Shown here one piece after another: positions 25,726-38,666 of a stretch of DNA of 64,000 nucleotides. The DNA is taken from NCBI RefSeq assembly GCF_009914755.1, contig NC_060931.1. One strand, given 5' to 3'. The DNA is from the human T2T-CHM13v2.0 reference genome, Homo sapiens. Below the pieces are notes generated by a model that saw nothing but the letters and a program-made list of their open reading frames with translations, searched no databases and was not told the origin of the DNA. Positions within the stretch are counted from its first letter, which is position 1, and each line of letters begins with the position of its first letter. The position numbers were made by a program, and so were the translations under genes.

Positions 25726-27987
25726 CTAAGCATGGGTTCGAATCACTAGTCCCTGCTCTCCCTCCAATAATTCTCAAGAGTCTAGGTCAGAACACAGAAC
25801 TTCAGACCCTCTAAGTACAGTCACAGGAGTAACTCGTGCCTGAGCTGGAAGGAGAATCCCAGGAAAGGTGGGGCCTGAGGTCTGAAGACCGGCGTCTCAT
25901 CCTCCCCACCTGCGCCCCCGTGCTCATCCCAAACCAGGCTGCCCTGGCAGTGTGAAGACGGCGCTGCGCTGACGGGGCAGCTGCTCCCGAAACTCTCGTA
26001 ACTAGCGTCCAGTAGCAAGTGTCTGTGGGAAGGCACTGGAGGCGAGGGCTCCGGTCTGCAGCTGTGAAAAACACGTCTTTCCACATGAGACCGGCTGCTA
26101 CCTGCAGGCCTCCAACCCACATCCCAATTTCATGAGAACCACATTCTAGCCACGGTTTCAAGAAACTCAAATTACCTGGGCATCTTGGATTTTACCTGGC
26201 AACCTTAATTCTTGCCAACTTAGCATCTGACCTGGTCAAACCTGCTGTCCCCGCCCTTCCTTGTATTACCCTCCCCAAGTCACCGTCGACCTCTCTGAAG
26301 CTCTGGAAAGGGAGGAGAATAAACGTTTGTGGCCCTACTGCGGGCAACGTGACCGACACTCTGCTCTTTGAGGAAGAAAGGCTTGCTACGGAGAGGTCAC
26401 ACATCCGGGCCCTCCTGAAGGTTGGTTCTAGGCCATTCCTTCCAAACACACCACCCAGCACCTCCTAAGTCCAGCTCCGTGCCAGGCACTGAGGGTGACT
26501 GAAGAATGAAGAGGCCGGGTGGGGCTGCGGGGATCCTGTCTTTGTGGGAGGCACCAAGCGATAAGTAAATACCCCTTGCCTCCCGCCTGCCTCGTCCCCA
26601 CTGACTCAGCTTGTAGCAACCTGGCCCCTGGGTCCCCAGTGTTCAGTTTCTTCAATAAGGCTGTATTGTTCTCACGGGGAAATGCTTCTCTTGGGGAGCT
26701 TCAGGCAGTGCGTGCAGGAAGCCAGCTGAGGTCTGCATTGCACCACGTGAGCAGGGGTCAGCCGCCCTGGCCGCTGACTGCCCAGTAGCTGCGCCTAGGG
26801 AATGGCGGCCTCTGGACACCTGGTCTCTAAGCACAACCAGGTTGGATGTGTGCATGTCTGCATTTACAAACTCACTACAAGATCAACAGAAGCAGGGCAC
26901 TCACCCCTTTTATCAGCTCATGCACACTGGCTCTGAATTTGCCTTCAGTTCATCAGGCTATGGAAAATATACTGTTCCCCATGGTTGGGCACAAGGAATG
27001 CCCTCCTCTCTCCTGCTCACGTGGTCTCCTGGCAGGCCTCCCACACTCTGGAACAGGCCTGAGAAGGAAGCCACAAACCGCGCGTCACATGCCAACCTGG
27101 CGCAGGCCTGCAGTGCTCCACGAAGGCCTGCACACACCAGGCGGTCAAGCTCCACCTAGGCCTGGCTGTCACTATGGGGTCTGCAGGGCTGGCCTCGCCC
27201 CTTCCTCACGCTGTGGGTGCTTGTCACATGTTCCAGAGCAAGGAGGCCAGGGCAGCCTGGGGCTCTGCTGGGGCCGGTGAGTTCTCCCTCGTCGGGCAGG
27301 CTGGCGTTTTCCTCCTCTGGCCACTCTCTCTGGTGCCTGGGTGGAAATTCAGCACCTGCAGACACACACGCTCTCTTTTTAAAGCATTCATCCAGATCCA
27401 GACGCTTCAGTCTCAGCACGTGTCCATCATTTACTTTTGACCTCCAACATCCAGGACACCCAGCCCACTCGCCAAGCTGCTCTTGGCCTTTTATCCCCCA
27501 AACCACCTCGTAATGGACACGGGCAGGGGACTTTGCAGGAAAGACATGAGCCTTCAGCTTTATCCACTCAGTGAGCACCCATGGCGTCCTACATCTCACA
27601 CTGTGGAAGTCCGGGACTGAGCAGAAGTCATTCCTGAGCTGGGGACATCACGCGACCAGAAGCACAGGAGGTTTCAGGGCAGCTGCTGCTAGTTCCCGGC
27701 CGCAGAAAGGAGGTCCCAGGGGAGTCTGGGGGCACGAAGAATCAGGGGAGTCCGGGGACATGAAGAATGCTACCTGTGTTTCAAGGTCAGGGCAGCTTCA
27801 TCAAGGAGGGGCACTGGCTCCAGAAGTTGAAGGAGAGAGTTGAACGTACGACACAAGGCAGGGGGCTCTGCAGGAGGGAGAGGCAGCCCCCGGGCAGGCG
27901 GGCAGTGCTGGCCCCGCAGGCAGCTGCCCCTCGGGTAGCAGCAGCAGGGAAGATGCAAAAGCAATGTCAAGGTGATGGACACGTGCT

Positions 27988-28360
27988 TTTTTAAAACAAA
28001 ATGTTTACTTCAGAATAGTTTTAGACTTAAAGAAAAGTTGCAAAGATAGTACCCTCACTGAGCTTCCCCCAGACTTAACATCTTATATCGCCAGACAACA
28101 AGGGCCCCACCACTGCTCCATTGCTGGCAGAACTCCAGACCGTCCAGGCGCCACTGGTCCTTCCACCAATGTCCTTCTCTGGTGCAGCTGTCACAACACT
28201 GCCATGTCTCTTTAGCCACCTCTGGTCTGGGACAGTTCCTCAGTCCTTCCTGGGTTTCCATGTCCTCCTCCATTTTGAGAGATACTGACTGTCCCACGAT
28301 AGGGGTTTTCTGGTCTTACTCTCATGGTCAGACCGGCTTAGGCAGTCTTCCCCAAAGACC
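27988..28360 (-). mobile_element. L1MC-type 3' UTR fragment
   Basis: ttagacttaaagaaaagttgcaaagatagtac...ggacagttcctcagtccttcc. Confidence 0.7.
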
Positions 28361-28849
28361 GGGGACACTCTTCCCCAAAATGCATAACCCAGTTTGACTA
28401 TGCGAGTGAGGCCAGACAAAGCTCCATGGAGGGTTGGTCAGTGTTTCTTCTCGTCCCACCTCAGGATAGGGTGCACAGGGAGGTCTCGAGGAGAAGGTGG
28501 TCTTTCAGTAAAGCCCTGAGGGGGCTAAAGCAAGACAGGCTGACGGCTGGGAGGGGAACAGCCCTGAGGCTGCAGACGGCCAGTGCAGACGTCCTGTGGC
28601 AGCAGCGGGGCGGGAAGATGGAGGCAGTGCACTGGGCAAGGAGAAATGCAGCAAGTGGGATGAGAGAAACACCGCGGGCCATGTCGTAAACAGTCTTGCA
28701 AGAAATAAGGATGTTTTTTTGAAGTTTTTGGTGCAAATGAATGACAAAATCAGAATAATGCTTAGCATGCATTAGAGGCAGCCACAGCTGCCGCCCCACC
28801 CTTCTAGAGTCTGCAGGAATCCCCTGCTTGACTCTGGGGTAGGGACCAA

Positions 28850-29612
28850 CAGATTCTGTGACCTTCACCTTCTGGCACAGCAACTTAAAGGGTCACCAGG
28901 TGCAAAGGACTCTCCCCCAACCAAGTTGAGCTGAGTCCGTAAGAGTATGTCTCTTAGAAATTTGTCCAGGAGCAGTGGCTCACGCCTGTAATCCCAGCAC
29001 TGTGGAAGGCAGAGGCAGGCAGATCACTTGAGGTCAGGAGTTCAAGACCAGCCTGGCCAACATGGTGAAATCCCGTCTCTACTAAAAATACAAAAATTAG
29101 CTGGGCATGGTGGTGCCTGCCTGTAATCCCAGCTACTCAGGAGGCTGAGGCAGGAGAATCTCTTGAACCCAGGAGGCAGAGGTTGCGGTAAGCCAAGGTC
29201 TCACCACTGCACTCTAGCCTGGGCAACAGAGTGACACTCCATCTCAAAAAAAAGAAAAGAAAAAGAAATCTGAGCCAATCAATACAGAAGGAATCAGGCA
29301 GTGAGAGGTGGGCACCAGGCCTAGGAGAGCTTAAAGACTGGGGCCAGGCTGGCCATTTTAGGTCATTCTTTAGCAGAGGAAGCCGGTCTACCAGATGAGA
29401 GGAATGCAACTAAGATGTTACAACAGCAGCCGTTGTTCTAATTCCTGGCTGTGTGATCCCCACTTTCAGCTTCCAGGGGACCCAGCTGTCCTTCACTCCC
29501 TGTCTCTGGCTTTCATGAGTTCTTCTGCTCCTTAAAATAAACCCCTTTCCCCATCTTAACTAGCCTAAGGAGTTTCTGAGTTTTTGCAACTAAAAGCACT
29601 CTGACTATAACA
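28850..29612 (+). mobile_element. Old ERVL/MaLR solo LTR (MLT1/LTR16-like), interrupted by an Alu
   Basis: 3' end aataaacccctttccc...ttgcaactaaaagcactctgactataaca resembles an LTR terminus; 5' boundary uncertain. Confidence 0.55.
28964..29265 (+). mobile_element. AluS (Sz-like), full length
   Basis: Dimeric Alu with gatcacttgaggtcaggagttc and an A tail. Confidence 0.96.
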
Positions 29613-30130
29613 GGAAAAGTGGGCCAGCAAGTGTATGTGGGACAAAGTAGAAGGAAGAAGACAGGACACAGGTAGCCCAGCTCAGGAGGACCTTTGCAGT
29701 GACACATGAAGGCACTTCCTGCAGGTCATGTCCCCTCTCCACGCCGTATCACTCAAGTCACCAACAATGTGATATTGCCCCATGGGACCAAAAAGTGTGA
29801 AATAAACTCAACCCCATTACAGTGTCAAGGGTGTAATCCATCATTATTTCCATGAAGCACTGAGTTTCTGAAAATGAATCTGGGAAATATAATGCCTTGA
29901 CCCTTTGGAAGGTTTTCCTCAGGGTAGAATTCCAGGTACCAGAGCACCTGGAGATGGAATATGATTTTGAGCAGGTGAGCCTTTTGAGTACCATCACTCA
30001 AATCCCCCCATCTGCAGGATTCTGTGGCCACTCACAGGTGAGCTCGGTTGGACTGCACCCCAATATTAATATAATGCCCTTCATTAGAGGCAGGAATTCA
30101 GCAAAAGAAGAAGCCATGTTGAACATTGTC

Positions 30131-30499
30131 TGTATCCATCTGTTTTCATGCTACTAATAAAGACATACCTGAGACTGGGTAATTTATAAATAAGAAAGAG
30201 GTTTAATGGACTCAACTTCCACATGACCTGGGAGACCTCACAATCATGGAGGAAAGTGAAGGAGGAGCAAAGGCATGTCTTACATGGCAGCAGACAAGAG
30301 AGAAATAAAAGCCAAGTGAAAAGGGAACCCCCTTATAAAACCATCAGATGTCATGATAACTCACTCACTATCACGAGAACAGTATGGGGGAAACTGCCCC
30401 CATGATCCAATTATCTCTACCTGGTCCCACTCTTGACACATGGGGACTATTACAATTCAAGGTGAGATTTGGGTGGGGACACAGAGCCAAACAATATCA
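30131..30499 (-). mobile_element. THE1 (MaLR) solo LTR
   Basis: tgtat...aataaagacatacctgagactgggtaattt...gacacagagccaaacaatatca; near-TSD ttgtc/ttgcc. Confidence 0.92.
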
Positions 30500-30768
30500 T
30501 TGCCATAAGGATTTTAACTAAATCTCAAGCTTTGTCACAAATGTGAAAAAAAAAGTCTTGTTATAAAACAATCTCACCAATTTATTATGAGGCAGCCTTT
30601 CTTTTGCACATACACCAAAGAAGAACTAATACAAGATCTAGAAGTCTGTTGAAATACATATTCCCCAACCAGACCACAAGAATCATTATAAAGTATGTAT
30701 CTGTGCCGGTCTTTAGATATCATCAAATACTATTTATCGGGGGGAAATGAAAAAACTGCTGGGCTGAG

Positions 30769-30887
30769 ATGAGAAATTACTTAAAAGCCAGGTCCCACAA
30801 TTTCCAGTCAAACACTGTTCATGACCCACACTCACTCATGAGCTCACACACACACCTGACAGCAAATTCATGTGTCCTCACCAATGT
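30769..30887 (+). repeat. 119-bp dispersed duplicate, copy A (copy B at 31991-32109)
   Basis: atgagaaattacttaaaa...gtgtcctcaccaatgt occurs twice with about 7 mismatches. Confidence 0.95.
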
Positions 30888-33404
30888 CAACTACATGATA
30901 GGTCATTTTTCTACCTCCTTAAGTTGACATTTACTGATCCAGATCAAATATTCCAACTGGCCGTTCACATTCTCCCTTTTTCCACTGTCTGCACAATTAT
31001 ATCCATAGTCCTAGAAAGAAAAATACCCTTTCTTCCTCTCAAAAAAGAAAAGCGGGCATTCATAGGAAGGAGAAATGTCCACTGTCCATTTATTCAGTCA
31101 GTGATGGTGCCAGCTCCCTCAACCAAAGAGGCAAGGTGTGCATCGTCAGGCAATGTTTGGAAGACACTCCTCTCAGCTTATCACCATCTAAGCCAGAACA
31201 AAGGCTACTGTGTCCCAGATGTAATATCCAGATGAAGTGAACACAACTTCAACACTATGTCCCCACATACAGCTTTCTTTATTCTTTGTCTTTAGCCTCT
31301 CCATTGAACTTCCCTCTCTGCCTACCAGGTTGCACAGGTCACTTTCATCTTAAATAATACATCAGTTGCCCTGTCTTCCCTTCTAGCTATTGCTATCGCT
31401 CTCTTATATTTGCCTTTTTAATTTCCAGCAACCTGGTTTGGAGCTTTTGTGAGTTCCAGTAACTTGCCCATGTTCAGTCACACCACACCGTCTGTTCCTC
31501 CCTCTCTCTTCTCACTGCCCGCACCTTGCCACCTTCTCCAGCATGACCTCAACTGCTCCTTGTGTGGCCCCATACCCTGCCTCTCACCATGGCTCACCCT
31601 TTTCACACATTCACCCCATTCCTCACCCTGACACACCATCCAGGCAACTTCTAAAGCAACCTAGCTTCACTATGGTGGTCTGAGAATATTAGACATTCTC
31701 CCTCCACAGAAAACATGTACTAAATGGAAAAAAAAAATTAAAAATGTCCATTTTGAGGCACTGGAAAACAACCAAAGGCAGGTAACAACTTGAGAACTGT
31801 TTACAGTTCTCAACAAAGCCAGCCTGCACCAGGTAAGACTGATGAGCCTGCAGCCTTCCTTCCTGGGGCATTCCCACACCACCTCTCCCCACATCAGGTG
31901 GGGAGGGTGTGCAGCCTTATGGTCAGAAGCCATGGAGTCTGTAGCTTCTGACCATAAGCTTCTGACTGCCTGGTTCAGTCGTCAGATAAAATGAGAAATT
32001 ACTTAAAATCCAAGTCCCACAATTTCCAGTCAAACACTGCTCACTACCCACACTCACTCATGAGCTCACACACACACCCAACAGCAAATTCATGTGTCCT
32101 CACCAATGTTCAGGGTGGGTGGCAAAGCAGCTAGAGATGTAAGAAGGAGGTTGTGGAGGGAAACAAGCCATGAAAGAGCCGAGATGTGCTCATCACATGT
32201 CACTGCTGCCAAACTACACGCGGAAGATGCTGGAAAAGTCTGTCAAAATCACATGCATGAGACACTTGTGAAGTTGCCATGCCTTTGAATACATCCTGCA
32301 GTCCACACACAGCCACATAGCACAGCAGAAGCTTTCCTGGCTTGAATGGAACAGCATGACCTCTACTCAAATCATTGGCTGACTGCTAGCCTATGCAGGC
32401 ACTGGGAGACCACTGGGGAGCCAGGCCAAAAAGAAAGTGAAAAGAAAAACAAAATAAAGATATTAGTGGCTGCACACACAGTGGAGACACTTTGCATTTT
32501 GAGTCCAGGCAAGCTAATTGTCTACACCCTCAGAGGAACAAACCAGAATTCATAGTCATTTCAGTGTGGTACTTAAAATGTCCAGTTTTCAAACACAAAT
32601 TATGAGACATGCAAAAAGAAAATAAAAGTATAACCCATACTCAGGGAAGAAAAACAAAAACCAATCAATATAAAGTGAGTCCATGAAGGGCCAGAAGTTG
32701 ACCTTAGGAGACAAAGATTTTTGTAAAAAGCTATTATAAATATGCTCAACAATTCAAAAGAAAATACATCCAAAGGATTAAAGTAAAATGTGCTAAACAT
32801 GACTGAATAGGTAGAGAACAAAATATTGGAAACTATATAATAGAACCAAACAGAAATTCTAGACCTGGAAAGTAAAATAACTGAAATAAAAATTTCACTA
32901 GATGGGCTCAGCAGCAGCTATGAGGTAGCAGAAGAAAAAAAAAATCAATGAACTTAAAGAAAGATCAGTAGAAAATATTCAATCCAAAGAAGAGAGAGAA
33001 GAAAGACAAAGAAAAATGAATAGAGCCTCAGAGCCTGCAGATCAATGTTAGACATACCAACATACATGTAATTAGAGCCCCAGAAGTAGAGGAGAAAAGA
33101 AGGGAAAAAAATTATTTGAAGAAATAGTTTACAAAAACTTCCCAGATTTGGTGAAAAACACTAACTTACAGATCCAAGAAACTCACCAACCCCAAGTAAG
33201 ATGAACAATAAGAAAGCCACAATTGGACACATTATAGTCAAACTGCTGAAAGCCAAAGATAAAGAGAAAATCTAAAAAGCGGCAAGAGAAAAATAACATA
33301 TCACATATAGAGAAACAGAGATACAATTTAAAGTTAATTTCTCACCAGAAACCATGTGGCCAATAGACATGACATATTCAAGTGCAAAAAGAATAAAACT
33401 ATCA

Positions 33405-33797
<393 letters not shown>

Positions 33798-34046
33798 AGA
33801 GTTTGTTGCTATTAGAACTTCACTACAAACAATGATAAAAGAATTCCTGTGGGCTGAAGGGAAATGACACCAGATAGTAACTCAGATCCATAGGAAAGAA
33901 TAAAACATGCCAGAAATGGTAAATACGAGTTATAATCTGCATAAATACACAAGAATATATACTTTTCTTTTTATCTCTTAATTTCTTTTAAAGAGTGTTT
34001 AAAGCAAAAAATATATACTGTGTTGTTGGATTTTAACATATAGGAA

Positions 34047-34201
34047 TGTGTGTGTGTGTGCATATGTGTGTATGTATATACATATGTGTAATATTATATA
34101 TATTTTAATTCTAATTGTATAAATATAGATTTTATACATATATACATCATGCACATATATGTTATACATACATATATATATATGTACGTGTGTGTGTGTA
34201 T
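34047..34201 (+). repeat. (TG)n/(TA)n low-complexity tract
   Basis: Directly visible in the L1 inter-ORF region. Confidence 0.85.
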
Positions 34202-36249
34202 CAACAACAGCAAAAAGAAAGGGAAGAGAAAATGAAGCTATATGAGTACAAAGTGCCTATATTTTACCAGAAGAAAGTCAGTAACAACTTGAAGTAGATC
34301 ATGATAAGTTTAAAATACTTACATAATCCCTAGAACAACTACAAATAATTTTTAAAGCACACAAAGAAATATAGCTAAGAAATCAATAGAGATATAAAAA
34401 TGTTCCACTTAAATATTTAATACAAAAGAAGGAAGAACAAGAGAGCAAAATGACAGACATGAATCTAAGCATATCAATAATTACATTAAATATAAATTTA
34501 CTTGCCACTCCAATCAAAAGGCAGAGATTGTGAGACTAGATCTAACTATATGCTTTCTACATAAGACATATTTTAAATCAAAGCTACAATGACAGTAAAA
34601 GTGAAAAGATATGCAAACTGTACATATGAGAGCAGTAGATTGGCTATGTTAATATCACACGAATAGTTTTAAGCTAAAGAATATTACTCAAGACAAAGAG
34701 GTACATTTCATAATGATAAAATGTCCAATGTAGAAGAAATATATAATAATTTAGGCATATATGCACCTAACAATAGAACTCCAAATACAGGAAGCAAAAC
34801 TGACAGAATCGAAAGAAGAAATAGACAACTAGTTATAGCTAGATGTTTCACTACTCCTCCATCCATAATTCGTAGATCAAGTAGATAGAACACCAGCAAG
34901 ATCATAGAAGACTTGAGCAACACTGTCAAACAACTGACATCTGGAAAGCATTCCACTCAACAACAGTAAAATATACATTCTTTTCAAACACACAGGGAAC
35001 ATTCAACAGGATAGACCACATCCTGGGATAAAGCAATTCTCTATACATTTAAAGAGACTGAAATCATGAAGAGTATGTTCTCTGACCACAGCAGAATAAA
35101 ATTTTAAATTAAAACAGAAAAAATATTCTGGCAAATCCCCAAATATGTGGAAACTGCACACACAATGCTTATACATAATCAATAGGTCAAAGGAGACATC
35201 ATAAGGAAAACATATCTGGAACAAAATGAAAATGAAAACACAACATACCAAAATTTGTGAGACGTAGCTAAAGTAGCATGCTTACTGCTGACAGCTTAAA
35301 GTCTATAGTCAATGATATGAAATGCCATTTTAAGAAGCTAGGAAAAGGTCAAATTAAACCCAAAGTAAGAAGGAAAGAGATCATCAAGATAGTGTAGAAA
35401 TCAATGAAATGGACAAAAGGCAAGCAATAGTTAAAAATCAATGAAGCCAAGAAATGGTTCTTAGAAAGATCAATAACATTTATAAACCTTTAGCTAAGTT
35501 GATGAAATAATATACATACATTATCGCTGGATGTAGAAAATGGAAACAGTTTTGGCAATTTCTTATTAAGTTAAACATACACTTACCAACAAACCCATCA
35601 ATCCCACTTCTAGGCATCTACCCAAGAAAAATGAAGAAATACGTCCACATTAAAAGTTTTATGTGAATGTTCGTAATAGCATCATTCATAATAGCCAAAA
35701 ACTGGAAAGAACCCAAATATCCATCAACTGGTGAGTAAACAAAATGTAGTATAACCATGCAATGAAATATTACTCAGCGATAAAAACAACTCAACTCTTA
35801 ACATATGCAGCAGCATGGGTGACTCTACCATGTCATGCCCCAGAGGGAAGCCAGTCATGGGAGACTCCATACTGTATGATTCTCTTTACATGAAATTCCA
35901 GGAAAGGTGAAGCTATCGAGGGAGAAAGCAGGTTAGTGATTGCCAGAGGCTGGGGTAGGAGCTGGAATTACCTGCAAAGGGACAGGAGGGAATTTGGGGG
36001 GTGATGGAAGTATTCTGAAACGTTATTGTGGTGGTAGTTACAGGACTTCACATCCATCAGAACCCAGTGAATAGTACACTCTAATGGAGTGAGGTGCATT
36101 TTAGGTAAATTATACATCAATAAAGCTATGGGTGTGTGTGTGTGTGCGTTCACGTGTGTGTGGGAAAACCCCCACATTGCTTACTTAGTAAAGGACACTT
36201 GTGCTGGGAACCCGGGGCCTCTGCATCCTGGCCCTGTATGGTCCTGTCT

Positions 36250-36708
36250 CACTCACCTGCTTACCCATTTTTGTCTTCCACAGACCCATTCATTTGGTAA
36301 CCACAGACATCTTATGCTTTTCAACCCTAAATGGTTTACGTATCTGATCCAGTGACTTCAAATCCCATTCCACCGTCTCTACCCATTCAAACCCCAGGAC
36401 TTTGTCAAGACCATTCCCATTCTTTGTCCTCTGTTCCATGTCCCGCCTTCCGATGCTCCTCACCCTCCCATCCGCCTCTGCTCTCGGACCTTCCAGAGCT
36501 TGGAGCAGCGTTTCCCTCCTTCGAACATCAAGAACAACCTGTACTTACTGTGTTGCTCCTCACTGCGCACCGCGTGCCATGGTTATTTGTGTTGATGTGT
36601 TGGATTTCCCTTGCAGAGGGGTTGCTCAAGTAATTATTGTCGTAATCCACATAACACTATCACATGACTTTGCAGACAGAAGACACTTAATAAGTATTTG
36701 TGAACAAG
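36250..36708 (+). mobile_element. Degenerate L2 3' region
   Basis: Ends in cagaagacacttaataagtatttgtgaac. Confidence 0.5.
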
Positions 36709-37649
36709 CTTTTGGGGATGCCAGCTGCGTTACCTCCTTCCTTCAGTGTGCTTTTCCATCCTCCCAAAGTGCAGAGTATTTCATGTCTCTCCTAGTCCCA
36801 CATATTCTAATAGCTCAGAGCTGAGGACTTTCGACTTCTAACAAGATTAGAAGGGCCTCGAAGTGCAGAGCAGGGCTTTCATGTGTGGCCCTGCTAACTC
36901 CCAGTGCCAGTCTTCAAGATGAAATAGACATATTGCATCGAGTGAAACGGTTGTTATGCTCGCCTCAAACAAGCAGGACACAGATGAAAAAGAGAATACA
37001 GAAGCTATTTTCCTAGCCATGCCAAATCTCTCCACTGTGCCTCTCTTATGTCAATTTCATTTCAGTTTGAACCCCAGATGTTTTCCCAAAATTAACACTT
37101 TTTTGTTTCTATTACATTGGCTTTCCCAAGAAATCATTCACAGGGCATTATTTTTACTAATAATTTAAAGGAAAAAATTAACTTGCCCAAATTCTTGGGT
37201 GGGACAGTAAGGTTTGGAAAATTGAAAAGTGAGTTTGACAGTTTGATTCCTTCAGGCTACCGATGCTCTCTAAGGGGCCTTATAATTATTAAAGCTTATT
37301 CTTCCCCCACAAAAGCCACCAAGAACAGTGTGAATCACAGGCCTGGGAAGTCAGTGGCAGTTTGGGGTTTCCTGAGTCCCTGAGGGAGAGGAGCCCTTCC
37401 CAGAACAAACCAGCGGGGTCCAGAGCTACGTCAGATGAGGGAAGGCAACAGAAACTCCATAATGCGCGAAGAGTCAGACAGGATCAAAGTAAGAGTGTTC
37501 TCTTGCATCCGAGAGACACTTCCCCCAGACCCCTAGGGAAGGAGAGCTGGGAATTCACACTCCATCCCACAGTCGGTATTCCCACAGGCTGCTGTGTGGG
37601 CCTCTCGCAGCTGGGGACACAAGTTCTGGAGGCCATCGTCTGGCTCACA

Positions 37650-37830
37650 TCCTGGCTCCTGTACTTCCCATCTGTATAACCTCAGGAAGGCACTCGGTCT
37701 TGACTCAGTTTCCCTCTAAGAAATGGGGACAATGACCGTGCTTAACCCCACTGGGCGGCTGTAAGACATGCAACCATCTTAGACCAGTGCCCGACACAAA
37801 GTTGGCACTCCATAAACGCCACATGCTAAT
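37650..37830 (+). mobile_element. MIR
   Basis: gactcagtttccctctaagaaatggggacaatga...cagtgcccgacaca. Confidence 0.7.
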
Positions 37831-38379
37831 GCTGCCATTACTACTGTTCATGCTCACATTAGTGCTTGCCATTCTCACTGCACTGTATAGGCTCACCCAG
37901 CCTCATCGGGACCTTTGGCACCAGCAGGAGGTTCCACGCAGACAATGCCAGGCACAGCTGCAGGCAGCACCCACACTGGAGCGGCCCATGGGGCTTTTTC
38001 TATGAAGATTCTGCTGCCCAGACCTGGAGAGGCCGGAGAAGCCGAACCCCACCAAGAACGCTGTTTTCACAAAAGCCGTTTGCCTTCACACTGGGTGGCA
38101 GCACATGACACTAACTCATTCAAGGTCAGAGCGACCAGACTCTCAACCCTTATTTTCGTTTGCTTGTTCGGCTTTTTTTTTTTTTTTTTTTTTGCATTCC
38201 ATTTTGTTGACATTTCTGTTGGACATGACCTTAGGTTGACTATCATTTCAGTCACTCACGACACTGAGCGTCTAAAGTCCACAGTCCTTTTTTAAACCGT
38301 TTCTACTCATTCACTTGCCTTACAACTCCACAGCCCGCCCCAGGGCTCTCCAACCAAAACCCTTCCTGGCCCCCTCCAT

Positions 38380-38560
38380 CCTAACAAAGCCTGAGTCGAA
38401 CACGAAAGGAAGATGGTCGCTGAAGCGAAGGGGAGTCATTTGTGTCCGTTCCATAAATCAAGACTGTCGCCTTTCGAAAAGGGGAGGTGTCGCAGTCTGA
38501 CAGCCTGATCTGTTTCTAGGACGGCGTGTTTCCAGGAAATTCTGAGCACATATATATGCA
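38380..38560. promoter_or_regulatory. Candidate enhancer: HOX-PBX, MEIS and STAT/ETS motifs, CpG-rich
   Basis: CCATAAATCA 38451-38460, TGACAG 38498-38503, TTCCAGGAA 38530-38538, about 10 CpG in 140 bp; motif evidence only. Confidence 0.45.
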
Positions 38561-38666
38561 GGGAGCAGTCATCGTTTTCCTCCTGTCCAGCCTTCTGCCT
38601 CCTGCTCCTCCTCTAGCTGCCTCCCTTGTTTCCAGGCTGGAGGTTCAATCCCTCTTCACCATCCCT

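Noticed and set aside
25860-27960. GC-rich region with many overlapping ORFs, possible CpG island or exons
   Set aside because: CpG density is only moderate by eye, and no consistent exon chain or recognisable protein was found.
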